Source of the DNA: Alphaproteobacteria bacterium
Lineage (GTDB): Bacteria > Pseudomonadota > Alphaproteobacteria > UBA2966
Direction: 5' to 3'
Length of the DNA stretch: 64,000 bases
NCBI GenBank assembly: GCA_964291395.2
Contig: OZ219856.1
Coordinates: 2,400,001-2,464,000, forward strand
Positions 20,851 to 32,621 of the stretch are shown in pieces. The first letter of the stretch is position 1. Every line of letters begins with the position of its first letter. The position numbers were made by a program, and so were the translations under genes. A model generated the notes under the pieces. That model had not been told where the DNA came from. It saw nothing but the letters and a program-made list of their open reading frames with translations, and ran no database searches.

Positions 20851-21888
20851 CTAGAAGGGCTCTTCCATCCTCTTGGCCAGTTCCTCGATGTTTTCGGGCG
20901 GCCAGTTCGGCACTTCCATACCCAGATGCAAGCCCATCTGAGCCAATACCTCCTTGATTTCATTTAGAGATTTACGCCCGAAGTTAGGCGTGCGCAGCAT
21001 CTCGCCCTCGGTTTTCTGAATGAGGTCCCCGATATAAACGATGTTGTCGTTCTTGAGGCAGTTCGCGGACCGCACGGACAACTCCAACTCGTCAACCTTC
21101 CGCAACAGATTGCGGTTGAATTCAGGCTCGATCTGTTCCTCGATCTTCTCTTCGGTCTTGGGTTCCTCAAAGTTGATGAACAACTGCAACTGATCCTGGA
21201 GTATGCGTGCGGCATAGGCGACCGCGTCGTCGGGCGTCACGGTCCCGTTGGTCTCAACCTCAAGCGCAAGCTTGTCGTAGTCGAGGATTTGGCCTTCGCG
21301 CGAATTCTCCACCTTGTAGGCAACCTGACGAACAGGGCTATAGAGAGCGTCCACCGGGATCAGTCCGATGGGCGCGTCCTCCGAGCGATGCTGCGATGCC
21401 GGAACGTAACCTTTGCCCGAATCCACCGTCAGCTCCATGGACAGGTTGGCCTTCTCGTCGAGCGTACAGATCACCAGATCGGGATTCATCACCTCGATGT
21501 CGTGGCCGGCCTCAATCGCGCCGGCACGAACCTCGCCCGGACCATCCGCTTTGAGCGTCATCCGCTTGGGCCCTTCACCGTGCATACGCAGGGCGAGGCC
21601 CTTCACGTTCAGAACGATATCGGTGACGTCCTCACGAACCCCCTGTATGGACGAGAACTCATGAAGAACCCCGTCGATTTGAATCGAGGTCACGGCTACG
21701 CCATGCAGGGATGACAAGAGAACACGCCGCAACGCGTTGCCGAGCGTCAGACCAAAACCGCGCTCCAGTGGCTCCGCGACGACAGTCGCGACTTTTTGAT
21801 CATTCTTGTCCGCCTCGATGACCAGTCCGTTCGGTTTGATGAGTCGAAGCCAATTTTGCTGATTGACGCGTTCACTCTGCAAAGTCAA
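20851..21888 (-). CDS. rpoA: RNA polymerase alpha subunit (TTG start)
   Basis: [45 protein letters not shown]. Confidence 0.97.
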   Translation of the reverse strand: MTLQSERVNQQNWLRLIKPNGLVIEADKNDQKVATVVAEPLERGFGLTLGNALRRVLLSSLHGVAVTSIQIDGVLHEFSSIQGVREDVTDIVLNVKGLALRMHGEGPKRMTLKADGPGEVRAGAIEAGHDIEVMNPDLVICTLDEKANLSMELTVDSGKGYVPASQHRSEDAPIGLIPVDALYSPVRQVAYKVENSREGQILDYDKLALEVETNGTVTPDDAVAYAARILQDQLQLFINFEEPKTEEKIEEQIEPEFNRNLLRKVDELELSVRSANCLKNDNIVYIGDLIQKTEGEMLRTPNFGRKSLNEIKEVLAQMGLHLGMEVPNWPPENIEELAKRMEEPF

Positions 21889-21984
21889 TGGAGAGCTCTT
21901 TCCTCAAATGCGGGAACGGCTAAACCCGCTCCAACCAAGTCTTTATGAATCAGCCGGCCTCGATGACGGGGCGGCTGGGCTTCC

Positions 21985-22374
21985 CTACACCCGGCGCCGC
22001 TTTGGCGGCCGGCAACCGTTGTGCGGTATGGGCGATACATCCTTGATCGTGGTGATCGTGAACCCGATCGCCTGAAGCGAACGGAGTGCCGATTCACGAC
22101 CCGATCCCGGTCCCTTTATCCGTACTTCCAATTGCTTGACGCCATGCTCCATCGCCTTGCGGCCGGCGTCCTCGGCGGCAAGCTGCGCCGCATAAGGGGT
22201 CGATTTCCGGGATCCTTTGAACCCCTGTTGTCCCGCAGATGCCCAGGCGATGGTGTTGCCCTGTGCATCGGCGATCGTGATCTTCGTGTTATTGAATGTG
22301 GCGTTCACGTGCGCAACCGCAGAAGTAATGTTCTTGCGTTCGCGACGCCTGACTCGAGTCGTGCCCTTCACCAT
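21985..22374 (-). CDS. rpsK: 30S ribosomal protein S11
   Basis: [27 protein letters not shown]. Confidence 0.98.
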   Translation of the reverse strand: MVKGTTRVRRRERKNITSAVAHVNATFNNTKITIADAQGNTIAWASAGQQGFKGSRKSTPYAAQLAAEDAGRKAMEHGVKQLEVRIKGPGSGRESALRSLQAIGFTITTIKDVSPIPHNGCRPPKRRRV

Positions 22375-22422
22375 GGCTTTGTCCTTACTCGCCCATTCCT
22401 TGGTAAGTGAGGGAAACCCGAC

Positions 22423-22791
22423 TTACTTCTTCTTGCCCGCGATGGCGCGCGCCGGCCCTTTCCGGGTGCGGGCGTTGGTGTGTGTACGTTGGCCACGAAC
22501 CGGCAGCCCACGACGGTGACGCAATCCGCGATAGCATCCCAAATCCATCAGCCGTTTGATGTCCATGGCCCTCTCACGTCTCAAATCGCCTTCGACGATG
22601 TAGTCACGATCGATGATCTCGCGAATCTGGATGACCTCGGCATCGGCCAAATCACCAACGCGTCGTTCAGCAGGGATGGATGCCTTTCTACAAATCTCCT
22701 TAGCCTTAGAGCGGCCGATTCCGAAGATGTATGTCAGGCTGATCTCAACACGCTTGTTCGTTGGGATATTTACGCCGGCAATTCGTGCCAC
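22423..22791 (-). CDS. rpsM: 30S ribosomal protein S13 (GTG start)
   Basis: [26 protein letters not shown]. Confidence 0.97.
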   Translation of the reverse strand: MARIAGVNIPTNKRVEISLTYIFGIGRSKAKEICRKASIPAERRVGDLADAEVIQIREIIDRDYIVEGDLRRERAMDIKRLMDLGCYRGLRHRRGLPVRGQRTHTNARTRKGPARAIAGKKK

Positions 22792-22877
22792 GCCAGACCC
22801 CCAAATTTCAAATGCAAGAAGGCGCAACCCCTAAGTCACCCAGGGTACGCCTCATCAATGCCAGTGGAAAGTGCGCG

Positions 22878-22906
22878 ATTATTGGGAATTGCACTCTTCA
22901 AGTCAA
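22878..22906 (-). promoter_or_regulatory. sigma70-type promoter of alpha operon
   Basis: TTGACT-N17-AATAAT upstream of rpsM. Confidence 0.6.
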
Positions 22907-22910
22907 CCGG

Positions 22911-23561
22911 TTAGGTCGCCTCCATCAACGATTCCATCTCGCGCTCGAGCTGCTCGATGTCGGCCATGGCATCGACCGATTCGAGAACGCCTTTTTCCCG
23001 AAAAAATAGCAAAAGAGGTTCTGTTTGCACGTGATAGTCTTCGAGGCGATGCCGAACAGTTTCGGGATTGTCGTCCGCGCGACGGCGAAACCGACGCCCC
23101 CCGCAAACATCGCAAACACCTTCGCGGTCCGGCGGCTTGTTCACGTCGTGATACCCTTCGCCACATCGCGCGCAAGAAAAGCGGCCTGAAATCCTTTTCA
23201 CCATGGCTTCGTCATCTGCCTCGAACAAAATGACCAAATTGAGCGCCATGCCCCGCTCCGCCAAGTACTCGTCGAACATCCGGGCCTGCGAAAGCGTGCG
23301 CGGGAATCCGTCCAATATGACGCCGCTCGCGCAATCGGGTTCCTCGATCCGTTCAGCGACCATGGCAACGATCAGATCATCGGGAACGAGATCACCCGAT
23401 GCCATTCGCTCCTCGACCCGGATCCCGATTTTCGTTTTCTCTTCCACAGCCGTCCGGAGCATTTCTCCAGTCGACAGTGCTTTGAGACCGAATTTCTCCT
23501 CCATGATCCTTGCCTGCGTTCCTTTGCCGGACGCCGGTGGACCAACCAGAGCGATGATCAG
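22911..23561 (-). CDS. adk: Adenylate kinase with 4-Cys zinc LID; inferred CTG start
   Basis: P-loop GPPASGKGTQ lies upstream of first ATG (23504); STGEMLR, ILDGFPRT, CARC...CDVC, RADDNPE. Confidence 0.92.
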   Translation of the reverse strand: MIIALVGPPASGKGTQARIMEEKFGLKALSTGEMLRTAVEEKTKIGIRVEERMASGDLVPDDLIVAMVAERIEEPDCASGVILDGFPRTLSQARMFDEYLAERGMALNLVILFEADDEAMVKRISGRFSCARCGEGYHDVNKPPDREGVCDVCGGRRFRRRADDNPETVRHRLEDYHVQTEPLLLFFREKGVLESVDAMADIEQLEREMESLMEAT

Positions 23562-24901
23562 CGGTTGCGACCTCTGAGTCTGGATTTCTTGATCAGCCCC
23601 TCATATTGGTGCGCAAGCAAATGGGAGTGCACCTGCGCCACCGTATCCATGGTCACCGTAACGACTATGAGTAGCGACGTACCACCAAAATAGAACGGAA
23701 CCGCGTACTGTGAAATGAGGAGCTCGGGAAGCAGGCACACGAGTGCGAGATATGCGGCACCGACGCACGTCAATCGTGTCAGCACGTAATCCAGATACTC
23801 GGCCGTGTTCTTGCCGGGCCGGATTCCCGGAATGAAACCGCCATATTTCTTCAGGTTATCCGCGGTATCGGACGGATTGAAAACAACCGCAGTATAGAAG
23901 AACGCGAAAAAGACGATCCCACCTATATAGAGGCCGAGATACAGCGGCTGACCGCGGCCGAGCAACGACGTCACCGTTGTCAGCCACTCCGGCCCTCCCG
24001 ATGCGCTGAAGCCTGCCAAGGTTATCGGCAACAGCAGCAGGGAAGACGCGAAAATGGGCGGAATCACGCCTGCTGTATTCAGCTTGAGCGGCAGATGCGA
24101 GTTGTCGCCACCGAACATCTTGTTGCCAACCTGACGCTTGGGATACTGGATCACGATGCGTCGCTGCGCACGCTCCATGAACACAATGAACGCGATCGTC
24201 ACGACGGCCATGACCATCAGGAACAGGATGAACAGGGTAGAAAGCGCACCGGTCCGGCCCAGTTCAAGAGTGCTTACCAGCGCGCGGGGCAACTCCGCGA
24301 CGATGCCGGCGAATATGATCAACGAAATCCCGTTCCCGACACCGCGCGCCGTGACTTGCTCGCCCAGCCACATGAGGAACACGGTTCCACCGGTCAGCGT
24401 GACAACGGTCGTGATCCTGAAGAAAGCTCCCGGCTCGAGGACCGCGCTGCCGGACGCCCCGGTCATGCTTTCGAGGCCGACCGCGATGCCGTAGGCCTGA
24501 ACCGCCGCAAGAAGGACGGTGCCGTAGCGAGTGTATTGATTGATTTTCTTACGACCCTGTTCGCCTTCCTTTTTCAATTGCTCAAGCTGTGGCGATACCG
24601 TCGTCATCAACTGCATGATGATCGACGCGGAAATGTAAGGCATGACGTTCAGAGCGAAGATCGTCATGCGCCCCAGCGCGCCCCCGGCGAACATGTCAAA
24701 CATCCCGAGGATGCCGCTCTGCTGCTGGCGGAATATGTCCGCGAGAATCGCGGCGTCGATTCCAGGCACGGGAATATAGGTTCCCAGACGGTAGATGATC
24801 AGGACACCGAGCGTGAACCAGATTCGCCGCTTCAACTCCGTGGCCTTGGAGAAGGCGCCGAAATTGATGTTGGCGGCGAGCTGTTCGGCGGCTGAAGGCA
24901 T
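23558..24901 (-). CDS. secY: Preprotein translocase SecY
   Basis: IPVPGID, PYISASII, GVGNGISLIIF, FIPGIRPG, GGTSLLIVV. Confidence 0.98.
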   Translation of the reverse strand: MPSAAEQLAANINFGAFSKATELKRRIWFTLGVLIIYRLGTYIPVPGIDAAILADIFRQQQSGILGMFDMFAGGALGRMTIFALNVMPYISASIIMQLMTTVSPQLEQLKKEGEQGRKKINQYTRYGTVLLAAVQAYGIAVGLESMTGASGSAVLEPGAFFRITTVVTLTGGTVFLMWLGEQVTARGVGNGISLIIFAGIVAELPRALVSTLELGRTGALSTLFILFLMVMAVVTIAFIVFMERAQRRIVIQYPKRQVGNKMFGGDNSHLPLKLNTAGVIPPIFASSLLLLPITLAGFSASGGPEWLTTVTSLLGRGQPLYLGLYIGGIVFFAFFYTAVVFNPSDTADNLKKYGGFIPGIRPGKNTAEYLDYVLTRLTCVGAAYLALVCLLPELLISQYAVPFYFGGTSLLIVVTVTMDTVAQVHSHLLAHQYEGLIKKSRLRGRNR

Positions 24902-24911
24902 CGTTCTGATG

Positions 24912-25517
24912 TTACTCCGTTTCGGAGCCCCGCTCCGGCTTATCGTCTCGTGTCCGGGCTTCTTCTCCGGCAGATGTCCCGTCGTCCTGAGCTTCGGACG
25001 CGGAGGCCTTGGCCTCTTCCGGCTTCCGACCCTTCTTCGCCACCGCCTCGGACTTCGCTTGGCGGAGTACGGTCACCCTGCCACCCGCCTTTTCCACGGC
25101 CGTCTTGGCGCCTGCGGAAGCCCAATCTACCTCCACCGATAGCATCGTCGTCAGCTTCCCTTTGCCCAGGAGGCGGACACCGTCCCGCAACCGCGTCACG
25201 ATCCCGGCCGCGGCCATCGCCGCCGCATCGACGGGCTTCGAAGCATCGATCTTACCGGCATCGACGGCGGCCTGAAGACGGCCGACATTCACCGCGGCAA
25301 ACCTCTTACGGAATATGTTGTTGAAGCCGCGCTTCGGCAAGCGCCGGTGTATAGGCATTTGCCCGCCCTCGAAACCCTTGAGCGCGACACCGCTGCGGGA
25401 CCGTTGGCCCTTGTCTCCTCGACCCGATCGCTTGCCCTTGCCCGACCCGATTCCCCGACCCACGCGGGTGCGGGCACGGCTGGCGTTCGCACGATCGGAA
25501 AGTTCGTTGAGATTCAT
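24912..25517 (-). CDS. rplO: 50S ribosomal protein L15 with long C-terminal tail
   Basis: [29 protein letters not shown]. Confidence 0.95.
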   Translation of the reverse strand: MNLNELSDRANASRARTRVGRGIGSGKGKRSGRGDKGQRSRSGVALKGFEGGQMPIHRRLPKRGFNNIFRKRFAAVNVGRLQAAVDAGKIDASKPVDAAAMAAAGIVTRLRDGVRLLGKGKLTTMLSVEVDWASAGAKTAVEKAGGRVTVLRQAKSEAVAKKGRKPEEAKASASEAQDDGTSAGEEARTRDDKPERGSETE

Positions 25518-25536
25518 CGATCCTCTCCGCGCCTTG

Positions 25537-25731
25537 CTAGCCCGCCTCTTCAACACGGACTAGATGCTGGATCTTGTTGATCATACCCCGGACGGACGGC
25601 GTGTCCTCAAGCTCTCGCGTGCGGTTCATCTTGTTCAAGCCCAAACCCGTCAGCACTTGGCGCTGCCGCCTGGGGCGCCCAATGGCGCTTCGCACTTGAG
25701 TAACCTTCAGCGTTTCACCCTTCTTCGCCAT
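25537..25731 (-). CDS. rpmD: 50S ribosomal protein L30
   Basis: [26 protein letters not shown]. Confidence 0.96.
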   Translation of the reverse strand: MAKKGETLKVTQVRSAIGRPRRQRQVLTGLGLNKMNRTRELEDTPSVRGMINKIQHLVRVEEAG

Positions 25732-25734
25732 CGA

Positions 25735-26277
25735 TCACTCCTTGGCGTCCTTCGCAGCCTGATCCCGGCGACCCACGATATCGCCGATTTTCTTTCCGCG
25801 TTTGGCGGCGGCGAAACGCGGCGACATGACGCGGCCCAAAGCGTCGAAAGTGGCCTTCACCATATTGTACGGGTTCGCCGTACCGATCGATTTGGTCACA
25901 ACGTCCTGCACACCCAAGGTTTCGAACACCGCCCGCATGGGTCCGCCGGCAATGATACCGGTGCCAGGAGGCGCGGCCCGCAACACCACCCGGCCGGCGC
26001 CAAAACGGCCCTGCACATCGTGGTGAAGCGTTCTCCCCTCGCGAAGGGGCACGCGAATCATGTTACGCTTCGCCTGCTCGGTCGCCTTGCGAATCGCCTC
26101 CGGGACCTCACGAGCCTTGCCGTGACCGTATCCCACCCGGCCTTTCTGGTCACCCGCGACCACTAGCGCCGCGAACCCGAATCGGCGGCCGCCTTTCACG
26201 ACCTTCGCGACGCGGTTGATACTGACCAGCTTGTCGACAACTTCGCTATCGCCGCGGTCGCCGAACGTTACTGCCAT
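25735..26277 (-). CDS. rpsE: 30S ribosomal protein S5
   Basis: [24 protein letters not shown]. Confidence 0.98.
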   Translation of the reverse strand: MAVTFGDRGDSEVVDKLVSINRVAKVVKGGRRFGFAALVVAGDQKGRVGYGHGKAREVPEAIRKATEQAKRNMIRVPLREGRTLHHDVQGRFGAGRVVLRAAPPGTGIIAGGPMRAVFETLGVQDVVTKSIGTANPYNMVKATFDALGRVMSPRFAAAKRGKKIGDIVGRRDQAAKDAKE

Positions 26278-26292
26278 GATGCGCTCTCCCCG

Positions 26293-26655
26293 CTAAAACG
26301 AAAGGCCGCCCGCGCGCGCTGCATCGGCAAGCGCCTTGACCCGGCCGTGAAAGAGATAGCCGCCACGATCGAATACGACACGTTCCACGCCCGCCAATTT
26401 GGCCCGGCTGGCGATGACTTCGCCAACCTTGGTCGCGGCGGCGACGGAACCGCCCGAACCGCCGGCCGCCCGCACGTCGCGGTCGAGTGTCGAGGCGGAG
26501 GCCAGGGTGACACCCCGGACATCGTCGATCACTTGCGCATAGATGTGCTTGTTCGAGCGATAGACCGACAGCCTCGGCCGCCCTCCAGCCGATCCGCGGA
26601 GACGGTGGCGGACACGCCGCGCGCGGCGCTTGTTCACTGTTTCGCGCCTAGCCAT
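26293..26655 (-). CDS. rplR: 50S ribosomal protein L18
   Basis: [28 protein letters not shown]. Confidence 0.97.
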   Translation of the reverse strand: MARRETVNKRRARRVRHRLRGSAGGRPRLSVYRSNKHIYAQVIDDVRGVTLASASTLDRDVRAAGGSGGSVAAATKVGEVIASRAKLAGVERVVFDRGGYLFHGRVKALADAARAGGLSF

Positions 26656-26660
26656 TGACC

Positions 26661-27194
26661 CTACTTCTTTTTTCCTTCCTTGCGGAAGACGTATTCGCCC
26701 ACATATCGGATCCCTTTACCCTTGTACGGCTCGGGTTTCCGAAACGCCCGAATTTCGGCGGCAACCTGACCTACCTTCTGCCGGTCCATCCCGGAGATCG
26801 AGACGGCCGTCGGCCGCTCGCACTTGATGTCGATATCCTCCGGAATGGGATAATTGATTTCGTGGCTGTATCCCATCTGCAGGTTCAACGTCCGGTCTTC
26901 CACAGCCGCTCGGTATCCCACACCGATAATTTCCAGCTCCACCGAAAATCCTTGGGAGACGCCCCGAACGAGATTGTCAACCAGCGTCCGCTGCATACCC
27001 CACATAGTCCGAGAACGCTTTGAGTTGTCCCGGGGCTTGATGACGATTTCGTCGTTTTCCAGAGACGCGAGTACCTCTTCGACCAACGTCATCGACAGCT
27101 CGCCCATCGGGCCTCTGGCCGTCATTTCCTGCCCGGAAACCTCCACGGTCACATCTTGCGGCACGGGCACGGGTCTCTGTCCAATCCGTGACAT
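26661..27194 (-). CDS. rplF: 50S ribosomal protein L6
   Basis: [22 protein letters not shown]. Confidence 0.98.
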   Translation of the reverse strand: MSRIGQRPVPVPQDVTVEVSGQEMTARGPMGELSMTLVEEVLASLENDEIVIKPRDNSKRSRTMWGMQRTLVDNLVRGVSQGFSVELEIIGVGYRAAVEDRTLNLQMGYSHEINYPIPEDIDIKCERPTAVSISGMDRQKVGQVAAEIRAFRKPEPYKGKGIRYVGEYVFRKEGKKK

Positions 27195-27202
27195 GATTCC
27201 AC

Positions 27203-27601
27203 CTAGATCACGTTACACAGGACTTCGCCGCCAACATGCTCGGCGCGCGCTTCCGAGTCGGAGAGGACACCCTTGGGGGTCGACAGAATGGCGATGCCAA
27301 GACCATTGGAAACCCTCGGCAAATCCCGAATCGAGGAATACACTCGGCGTCCGGGGCGTGACACTCGCGTGATCGTCTGAATCACGGGTTCGCCCTCCTG
27401 GTACTTGAGTTCGATACGGATTTCAGGCTTGCCGGTTTCGCTCTCCATACGCTCGTAGCCACGGATATAGCCCTCGCGCTTCAGGACATCCAGCACGTTC
27501 GCCCTCAAGTTCGAGGCGGGACTGGTGATCGAACTCAGATAAGCCCGCTGACCATTGCGGATGCGCGTCAACATATCGCCCAAAGGATCGCTCATCGACA
27601 T
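27203..27601 (-). CDS. rpsH: 30S ribosomal protein S8
   Basis: [27 protein letters not shown]. Confidence 0.97.
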   Translation of the reverse strand: MSMSDPLGDMLTRIRNGQRAYLSSITSPASNLRANVLDVLKREGYIRGYERMESETGKPEIRIELKYQEGEPVIQTITRVSRPGRRVYSSIRDLPRVSNGLGIAILSTPKGVLSDSEARAEHVGGEVLCNVI

Positions 27602-27612
27602 GCCGGCACCTC

Positions 27613-27918
27613 CTACCAGCTCGACTTGACCATGCCGGGAATACGCCCTTCGGAGGCCAACGACCGCAAGGCGATACGTGATAGACGAAGCTTGCGATAG
27701 TAGCCCCGGGGGCGGCCGCTGATTTCGCAACGGTTGCGCACACGGGTCGCCGAAGAGTTTCGCGGAAGCTCGGCAAGTTTGAGCCGAGCGGCAAAGCGCT
27801 CCTCTTGCGGCAGAGACTCGTCCGCCGCAATCTTTTTCAGCCGCTCCCGCTTGCCGGCATACTTGGCGACCAGCTTCTGCCGCCGCCGGTTTCTCTCTAT
27901 CGCGCTCTTCTTGGCCAT
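27613..27918 (-). CDS. rpsN: 30S ribosomal protein S14 (long, zinc-independent type)
   Basis: [30 protein letters not shown]. Confidence 0.97.
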   Translation of the reverse strand: MAKKSAIERNRRRQKLVAKYAGKRERLKKIAADESLPQEERFAARLKLAELPRNSSATRVRNRCEISGRPRGYYRKLRLSRIALRSLASEGRIPGMVKSSW

Positions 27919-27967
27919 GGTGCCGCCTATCCTCGTGCCGTCCGGTTCGGAACCCCGCCCGCCGGTA

Positions 27968-28507
27968 TCAATTCATGAAAGGCATGCCGAACCCGGCAAG
28001 CAATTCCCTCGCTTCGTCATCGGTAGCCGCAGTCGTCACGATCGCGATATCGAGCCCGCGGATCGTGTCGACTTTGTCGTAGTCGATCTCCGGAAAGACG
28101 ATCTGTTCCCGGAGTCCTAAGGAGAAGTTCCCCCGTCCGTCGAAGCTTTTGGGTGATACGCCGCGGAAATCGCGGACCCGCGGAAGGGCGATGGTGATCA
28201 GGCGGTCGAGGAACTCGAACATGCGCCGACGGCGCAGCGTGACCTTCACGCCGATTTCCATACCTTCACGCAACTTGAAATTAGAGATCGATTTCCGAGC
28301 CTTCGTGATCACGGGCTGCTGCCCCGCGATCGCCGTGAGATCGGCGAATGCGCTTTGGACGACGTTCGAATCCCGGGCACCTTCGCCCATTCCCATATTG
28401 AGAACGATCTTCTCTAGCTCCGGGATGCGCATCGGATTGTCGTAGCCGAACCGTTCTCGCATGGCCGGTCTGACGACGGTGGCGTAATGCTGTTGCATAC
28501 GGGTCAT
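27968..28507 (-). CDS. rplE: 50S ribosomal protein L5
   Basis: [28 protein letters not shown]. Confidence 0.97.
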   Translation of the reverse strand: MTRMQQHYATVVRPAMRERFGYDNPMRIPELEKIVLNMGMGEGARDSNVVQSAFADLTAIAGQQPVITKARKSISNFKLREGMEIGVKVTLRRRRMFEFLDRLITIALPRVRDFRGVSPKSFDGRGNFSLGLREQIVFPEIDYDKVDTIRGLDIAIVTTAATDDEARELLAGFGMPFMN

Positions 28508-28516
28508 GGTCAATTC

Positions 28517-28840
28517 CTATAGATCCACGACTTCGCCGGACTTCTTCGCGAACCGCACCTTGCGCCCGTCGTCTAGAAACTTGAATCCGACACGTGTTGC
28601 TTCGCCGGTCTTCGGATCGACGAGCGCCACGTTGGACAACGTCAGAGACGCTTCCTTCTCGATGACGCCACCGGGATTCCCCGCCTGGGGCCGCGCATGG
28701 CGCTTGACGACGTTGACGCCCTGAACCAGGACGCGCCCATCCTTGCGGAGGACTCGAAGGACCTCACCTTTCTTGCCCTTCTCCCGGCCGTTCAGAACGA
28801 CAACTTGATCGCCCTTGCGAATTTTCGACGCGCCCGCCAT
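28517..28840 (-). CDS. rplX: 50S ribosomal protein L24
   Basis: [27 protein letters not shown]. Confidence 0.96.
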   Translation of the reverse strand: MAGASKIRKGDQVVVLNGREKGKKGEVLRVLRKDGRVLVQGVNVVKRHARPQAGNPGGVIEKEASLTLSNVALVDPKTGEATRVGFKFLDDGRKVRFAKKSGEVVDL

Positions 28841-29208
28841 CACAACACCTCGGGCGCGAGCGAGACGATCTTCATGTGCTGCTTGGCCCGGAGCTCGCGA
28901 GTCACCGGTCCGAAAATTCGGGTACCGATCGGTTCACCCTGGGGATTGATCAACACCGCCGCATTTCGGTCGAAGCGAATGGCGCTGCCGTCAGGACGCC
29001 GGATCTCCTTGGCCGTGCGTACGACCACGGCGCGATGCATGTCACCCTTCTTGACGCGTCCCCGCGGGATCGCTTCCTTGACGCTGACGATGATGATATC
29101 GCCGATCGACGCGGTACGACGCTTCGAACCGCCCAGCACCTTGATGCACTGGACGCGGCGGGCACCCGAATTGTCGGCTATCTCGAGGTTTGTTTCCGGC
29201 TGAATCAT
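28840..29208 (-). CDS. rplN: 50S ribosomal protein L14
   Basis: [29 protein letters not shown]. Confidence 0.98.
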   Translation of the reverse strand: MIQPETNLEIADNSGARRVQCIKVLGGSKRRTASIGDIIIVSVKEAIPRGRVKKGDMHRAVVVRTAKEIRRPDGSAIRFDRNAAVLINPQGEPIGTRIFGPVTRELRAKQHMKIVSLAPEVL

Positions 29209-29237
29209 GTCGTCAACCCGCTCGTCACCATCGTTCC

Positions 29238-29474
29238 CTACCTCGCTTCCGCGAGAACTTCCCAGCTCTTGAGCTTGGAGACGGGCCGACATTCTCGGAT
29301 TCTCACAACGTCACCGACGCTGTATACGTTTTCCGGGTCGTGTGCGTGATACCTCTTGCTGCGCCGAATGATCTTTTTGTAGAGCGGATGGCGAACGCGG
29401 CGCTCCACTCGCACCACGATCGTCTTATCACCGGCGTTGCTCACGACGACGCCCTGCAAAACTCGCTTCGACAT
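29238..29474 (-). CDS. rpsQ: 30S ribosomal protein S17
   Basis: [22 protein letters not shown]. Confidence 0.97.
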   Translation of the reverse strand: MSKRVLQGVVVSNAGDKTIVVRVERRVRHPLYKKIIRRSKRYHAHDPENVYSVGDVVRIRECRPVSKLKSWEVLAEAR

Positions 29475-29484
29475 TCCGCCCCTC

Positions 29485-29682
29485 CTAGGACACTTGGCTG
29501 GACGCCGCGTTGAGCATCGTCTTCACGCGTGCGATGTCACGCCGCACTTCGCGGATTCGCGCAGTATTCTCAAGCTGACCCGACACCTTTTGAAAGCGCA
29601 GATTGAACAGCTCCTTCTTCGAGCCGAGAAGGAGATCATTGAGCTCGTCCACCGTCTTGCCGCGCAACTCCTCGGGCTTCAT
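29485..29682 (-). CDS. rpmC: 50S ribosomal protein L29
   Basis: [22 protein letters not shown]. Confidence 0.96.
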   Translation of the reverse strand: MKPEELRGKTVDELNDLLLGSKKELFNLRFQKVSGQLENTARIREVRRDIARVKTMLNAASSQVS

Positions 29683-29683
29683 G

Positions 29684-30100
29684 TCAGCTACCCTCCGTGC
29701 GGCTGATAATCCTGGTCTGCAAGGACAACTTCGCCGCACCCCGCATCAGCGCTTCGTGTGCCAGTCCCGACGGAACGCCGCCCAACTCAAACATCACGCG
29801 CCCCGGCTTAACGCGGCACATCCAGAACTCCGGAGATCCCTTACCCTTACCCATGCGAACCTCGGTCGGCTTGGAGCTCACCGGCACATCGGGAAACACA
29901 CGAATCCAGACGCGCCCGGTGCGCTTGATGTGGCGCGTGATCGCCCGTCGGCAGGCTTCGATCTGGCGCGCCGTGATGCGCCCGGCCGTCGTCGCCTTGA
30001 GCCCGAACGTGCCGAAGTTGAGCGTGTTTCCGGAGGACGCCGAACCGTGGATGCGGCCTTTCTGAGCCTTGCGATACTTGGTACGTTTAGGCTGTAACAT
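29684..30100 (-). CDS. rplP: 50S ribosomal protein L16
   Basis: [25 protein letters not shown]. Confidence 0.98.
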   Translation of the reverse strand: MLQPKRTKYRKAQKGRIHGSASSGNTLNFGTFGLKATTAGRITARQIEACRRAITRHIKRTGRVWIRVFPDVPVSSKPTEVRMGKGKGSPEFWMCRVKPGRVMFELGGVPSGLAHEALMRGAAKLSLQTRIISRTEGS

Positions 30101-30127
30101 GGGATTGCCTTCGTCGCGCCTGGCGGA

Positions 30128-30808
30128 CTAACGCTGCGTCTGCTGATCCGCCAGCAGCTTGTCCTGCGCCATCGGATCGTGCGCCATGATCTCACCCTTA
30201 AAGACCCACACCTTGACGCCGCAGGTGCCGTAGGTGGTGAACGCCGTCTGCTGACCGTAGTCGATGTCGGCGCGCAAGGTGTGCAAGGGCACGCGGCCTT
30301 CACGATACCATTCAGTCCGGGCGATCTCGGCCCCGCCGAGACGGCCGCCACAGTTGATTCGAATGCCCTGGGCGCCAAGCCGGATCGCCGACTGAACCGC
30401 GCGTTTCATAGCGCGTCGGAAAGCGACCCGGCGTTCGAGTTGCTGGGCGATATTTTCGGCAATCAGCTTGGCGTCGATCTCGGGTTTGCGGATTTCGAGA
30501 ATGTTGAGATGCACTTCGCTTCCCGTCATCTCGGAGAGCTTGGCGCGCAACCGCTCGATGTCGGCACCCTTCTTCCCGATGACGACGCCCGGACGCGCCG
30601 TGTGGATCGTGACCCGCGCCTTCTTGGCGGGCCGTTCGATCACGATCTTGCTGATCCCCGCTTGGGAGAGCTGGCCTTCGAGGAACTTTCGAATACGCAG
30701 ATCCTCATGAAGCAGCTTTCCGTACTCGTTCTTGTTCGCGTACCACCGGGACTCCCACGTCCGGTTGATTCCAAGACGCAGACCGACAGGATTGACCTTC
30801 TGACCCAT
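30128..30808 (-). CDS. rpsC: 30S ribosomal protein S3
   Basis: [31 protein letters not shown]. Confidence 0.98.
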   Translation of the reverse strand: MGQKVNPVGLRLGINRTWESRWYANKNEYGKLLHEDLRIRKFLEGQLSQAGISKIVIERPAKKARVTIHTARPGVVIGKKGADIERLRAKLSEMTGSEVHLNILEIRKPEIDAKLIAENIAQQLERRVAFRRAMKRAVQSAIRLGAQGIRINCGGRLGGAEIARTEWYREGRVPLHTLRADIDYGQQTAFTTYGTCGVKVWVFKGEIMAHDPMAQDKLLADQQTQR

Positions 30809-31188
30809 CAGGCAGTCTCCTCGCGTTCGCGGACGACGAGCGTGAGCTCGCTGAACGGTTTGTGGATTCGCCCCACCCGACCCCGCGCCCTGGGCTGCCA
30901 CCGCTTCATCACCAGCCCTTTGCCGACACTCGCCTCCGCAACATAGAGCCGGTCAACGTCGAGCTGATGGTTATTTTCGGCATTGGCGATCGCCGACTGG
31001 AGCACCTTCTTGACTTCACGCGCGATGCGCCGCTTCGAGAACGTCAGCTCCGCGAGCGCAGAGTCGACACCCTTGCCCCGGATGGTGCCCGCAACGAGGT
31101 CGAGCTTGCGAGGGCTGATCCGAACGTGCCGGGCCTTCGCCATAGCCTCGTTGTCGGTGAGGCGCCGGGGATGCGATTTCTTTCCCAT
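30808..31188 (-). CDS. rplV: 50S ribosomal protein L22
   Basis: [22 protein letters not shown]. Confidence 0.97.
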   Translation of the reverse strand: MGKKSHPRRLTDNEAMAKARHVRISPRKLDLVAGTIRGKGVDSALAELTFSKRRIAREVKKVLQSAIANAENNHQLDVDRLYVAEASVGKGLVMKRWQPRARGRVGRIHKPFSELTLVVREREETA

Positions 31189-31192
31189 GGGC

Positions 31193-31471
31193 CTACGCCC
31201 TTCGCGCCTTCTTGTCCGCCGCGTGCCCGTAGTAGGTCCGTGTCGGCGCAAATTCTCCGAGCTTGTGACCCACCATGCTCTCGTTGACGAGCACGGGGAT
31301 GAACTTGCGGCCGTTGTAGACGGCGAACGTCAGTCCGACGAACTGGGGCAATATGGTGGAACGGCGAGACCAAGTCCGGATGACTTGGTTGCGTCCGGAT
31401 TGCCGAGCCGCCTCCGCCTTCTTCAGGAGATAGCCATCGACGAATGGACCTTTCCATACTGAACGGGCCAC
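31193..31471 (-). CDS. rpsS: 30S ribosomal protein S19
   Basis: [29 protein letters not shown]. Confidence 0.98.
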   Translation of the reverse strand: MARSVWKGPFVDGYLLKKAEAARQSGRNQVIRTWSRRSTILPQFVGLTFAVYNGRKFIPVLVNESMVGHKLGEFAPTRTYYGHAADKKARRA

Positions 31472-31481
31472 GTGACCTCTC

Positions 31482-32309
31482 CTATCTCTTGTGCCGGCTG
31501 CGCATGATTAACCGGTCCGTCTTCTTGTTTGACCGGGTGCGCTTGCCTTTGGTCGGCTTGCCCCAAGGGGTTACCGGATGCCGGCCACCTGACGTGCGTC
31601 CTTCGCCGCCACCGTGCGGGTGATCGATCGGATTCATCGCCACACCACGGACGGAAGGACGTTTGCCCAACCAGCGCCTGCGACCAGCTTTCCCAAGCTT
31701 GATGTTCTTGTTGTCGGGATTCGAGACGGCACCAACGGTCGCCAGGCATTCCGCCCGAACCATGCGTTGCTCACCCGAACTGAGCCTCAGCAGCGCGTAG
31801 CCCGCATCCTTGCCAACGAGTTGCGCATAGGCGCCCGCGGCCCGCGCGATCTGGCCACCCCGGCCCGGCTTCATTTCGATGTTGTGAATGATCGTACCCA
31901 CCGGAATGTTGCGCATCGGCATGGCGTTCCCTGGCTTGACGTCGACCCGCTCACCGGAGATCACGGTATCGCCAACCGAAAGCCGTTGCGGCGCCAGCAC
32001 GTATGCGGTCTCGTCGTCGGAATAGCGCAGCAGTGCCAGGAATGCAGAGCGATTGGGATCGTATTCGAGACGCTCCACCTTGGCCGGCACGCCGAATTTG
32101 CGCCGCTCGAAATCGACGATACGATAGCGTTGTTTGTGCCCACCGCCGATGCGGCGTGCGGTGATCCGGCCGCTGTTGTTCCGGCCACCGGTCTTGGACT
32201 TGCCTTCCGTCAGCGATTTGACCGGCTTTCCCCTCCACAAATCGGAACGGTCGACCAGCACCAGTTGGCGCCGGGACGGCGTCATCGGCCTGTATGATTT
32301 CAGTGCCAT
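31482..32309 (-). CDS. rplB: 50S ribosomal protein L2
   Basis: [31 protein letters not shown]. Confidence 0.98.
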   Translation of the reverse strand: MALKSYRPMTPSRRQLVLVDRSDLWRGKPVKSLTEGKSKTGGRNNSGRITARRIGGGHKQRYRIVDFERRKFGVPAKVERLEYDPNRSAFLALLRYSDDETAYVLAPQRLSVGDTVISGERVDVKPGNAMPMRNIPVGTIIHNIEMKPGRGGQIARAAGAYAQLVGKDAGYALLRLSSGEQRMVRAECLATVGAVSNPDNKNIKLGKAGRRRWLGKRPSVRGVAMNPIDHPHGGGEGRTSGGRHPVTPWGKPTKGKRTRSNKKTDRLIMRSRHKR

Positions 32310-32312
32310 CCC

Positions 32313-32621
32313 TCAAATCCCCGTCGTCACGTCGATGGATTGGCCTTCCTCCAGCGAGACGATTGCCTTTTTGTAGGCCGCGCGACGGCCCGGACGCCCA
32401 CGGAATCGCTTTTGCTTGCCCCGCTGACGCAGCGTGTTCACGGCTTTCACCTTGACCTCGAACAGGTCCTCGATGGCAGCCTTGATCTCCGGCTTCGTGG
32501 CATCCATGGCGACCCTGAACGTCACCTGGGCATGTTCCGAGCCAAAGGTCGACTTCTCCGTAATCACCGGACTGCGGATGATATCGTACATGCGTTCCCG
32601 GGAAATCTTCGCGGACCTCAT
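32313..32621 (-). CDS. rplW: 50S ribosomal protein L23
   Basis: PVITEKS, ATKPEIK, KKAIVSL. Confidence 0.97.
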   Translation of the reverse strand: MRSAKISRERMYDIIRSPVITEKSTFGSEHAQVTFRVAMDATKPEIKAAIEDLFEVKVKAVNTLRQRGKQKRFRGRPGRRAAYKKAIVSLEEGQSIDVTTGI

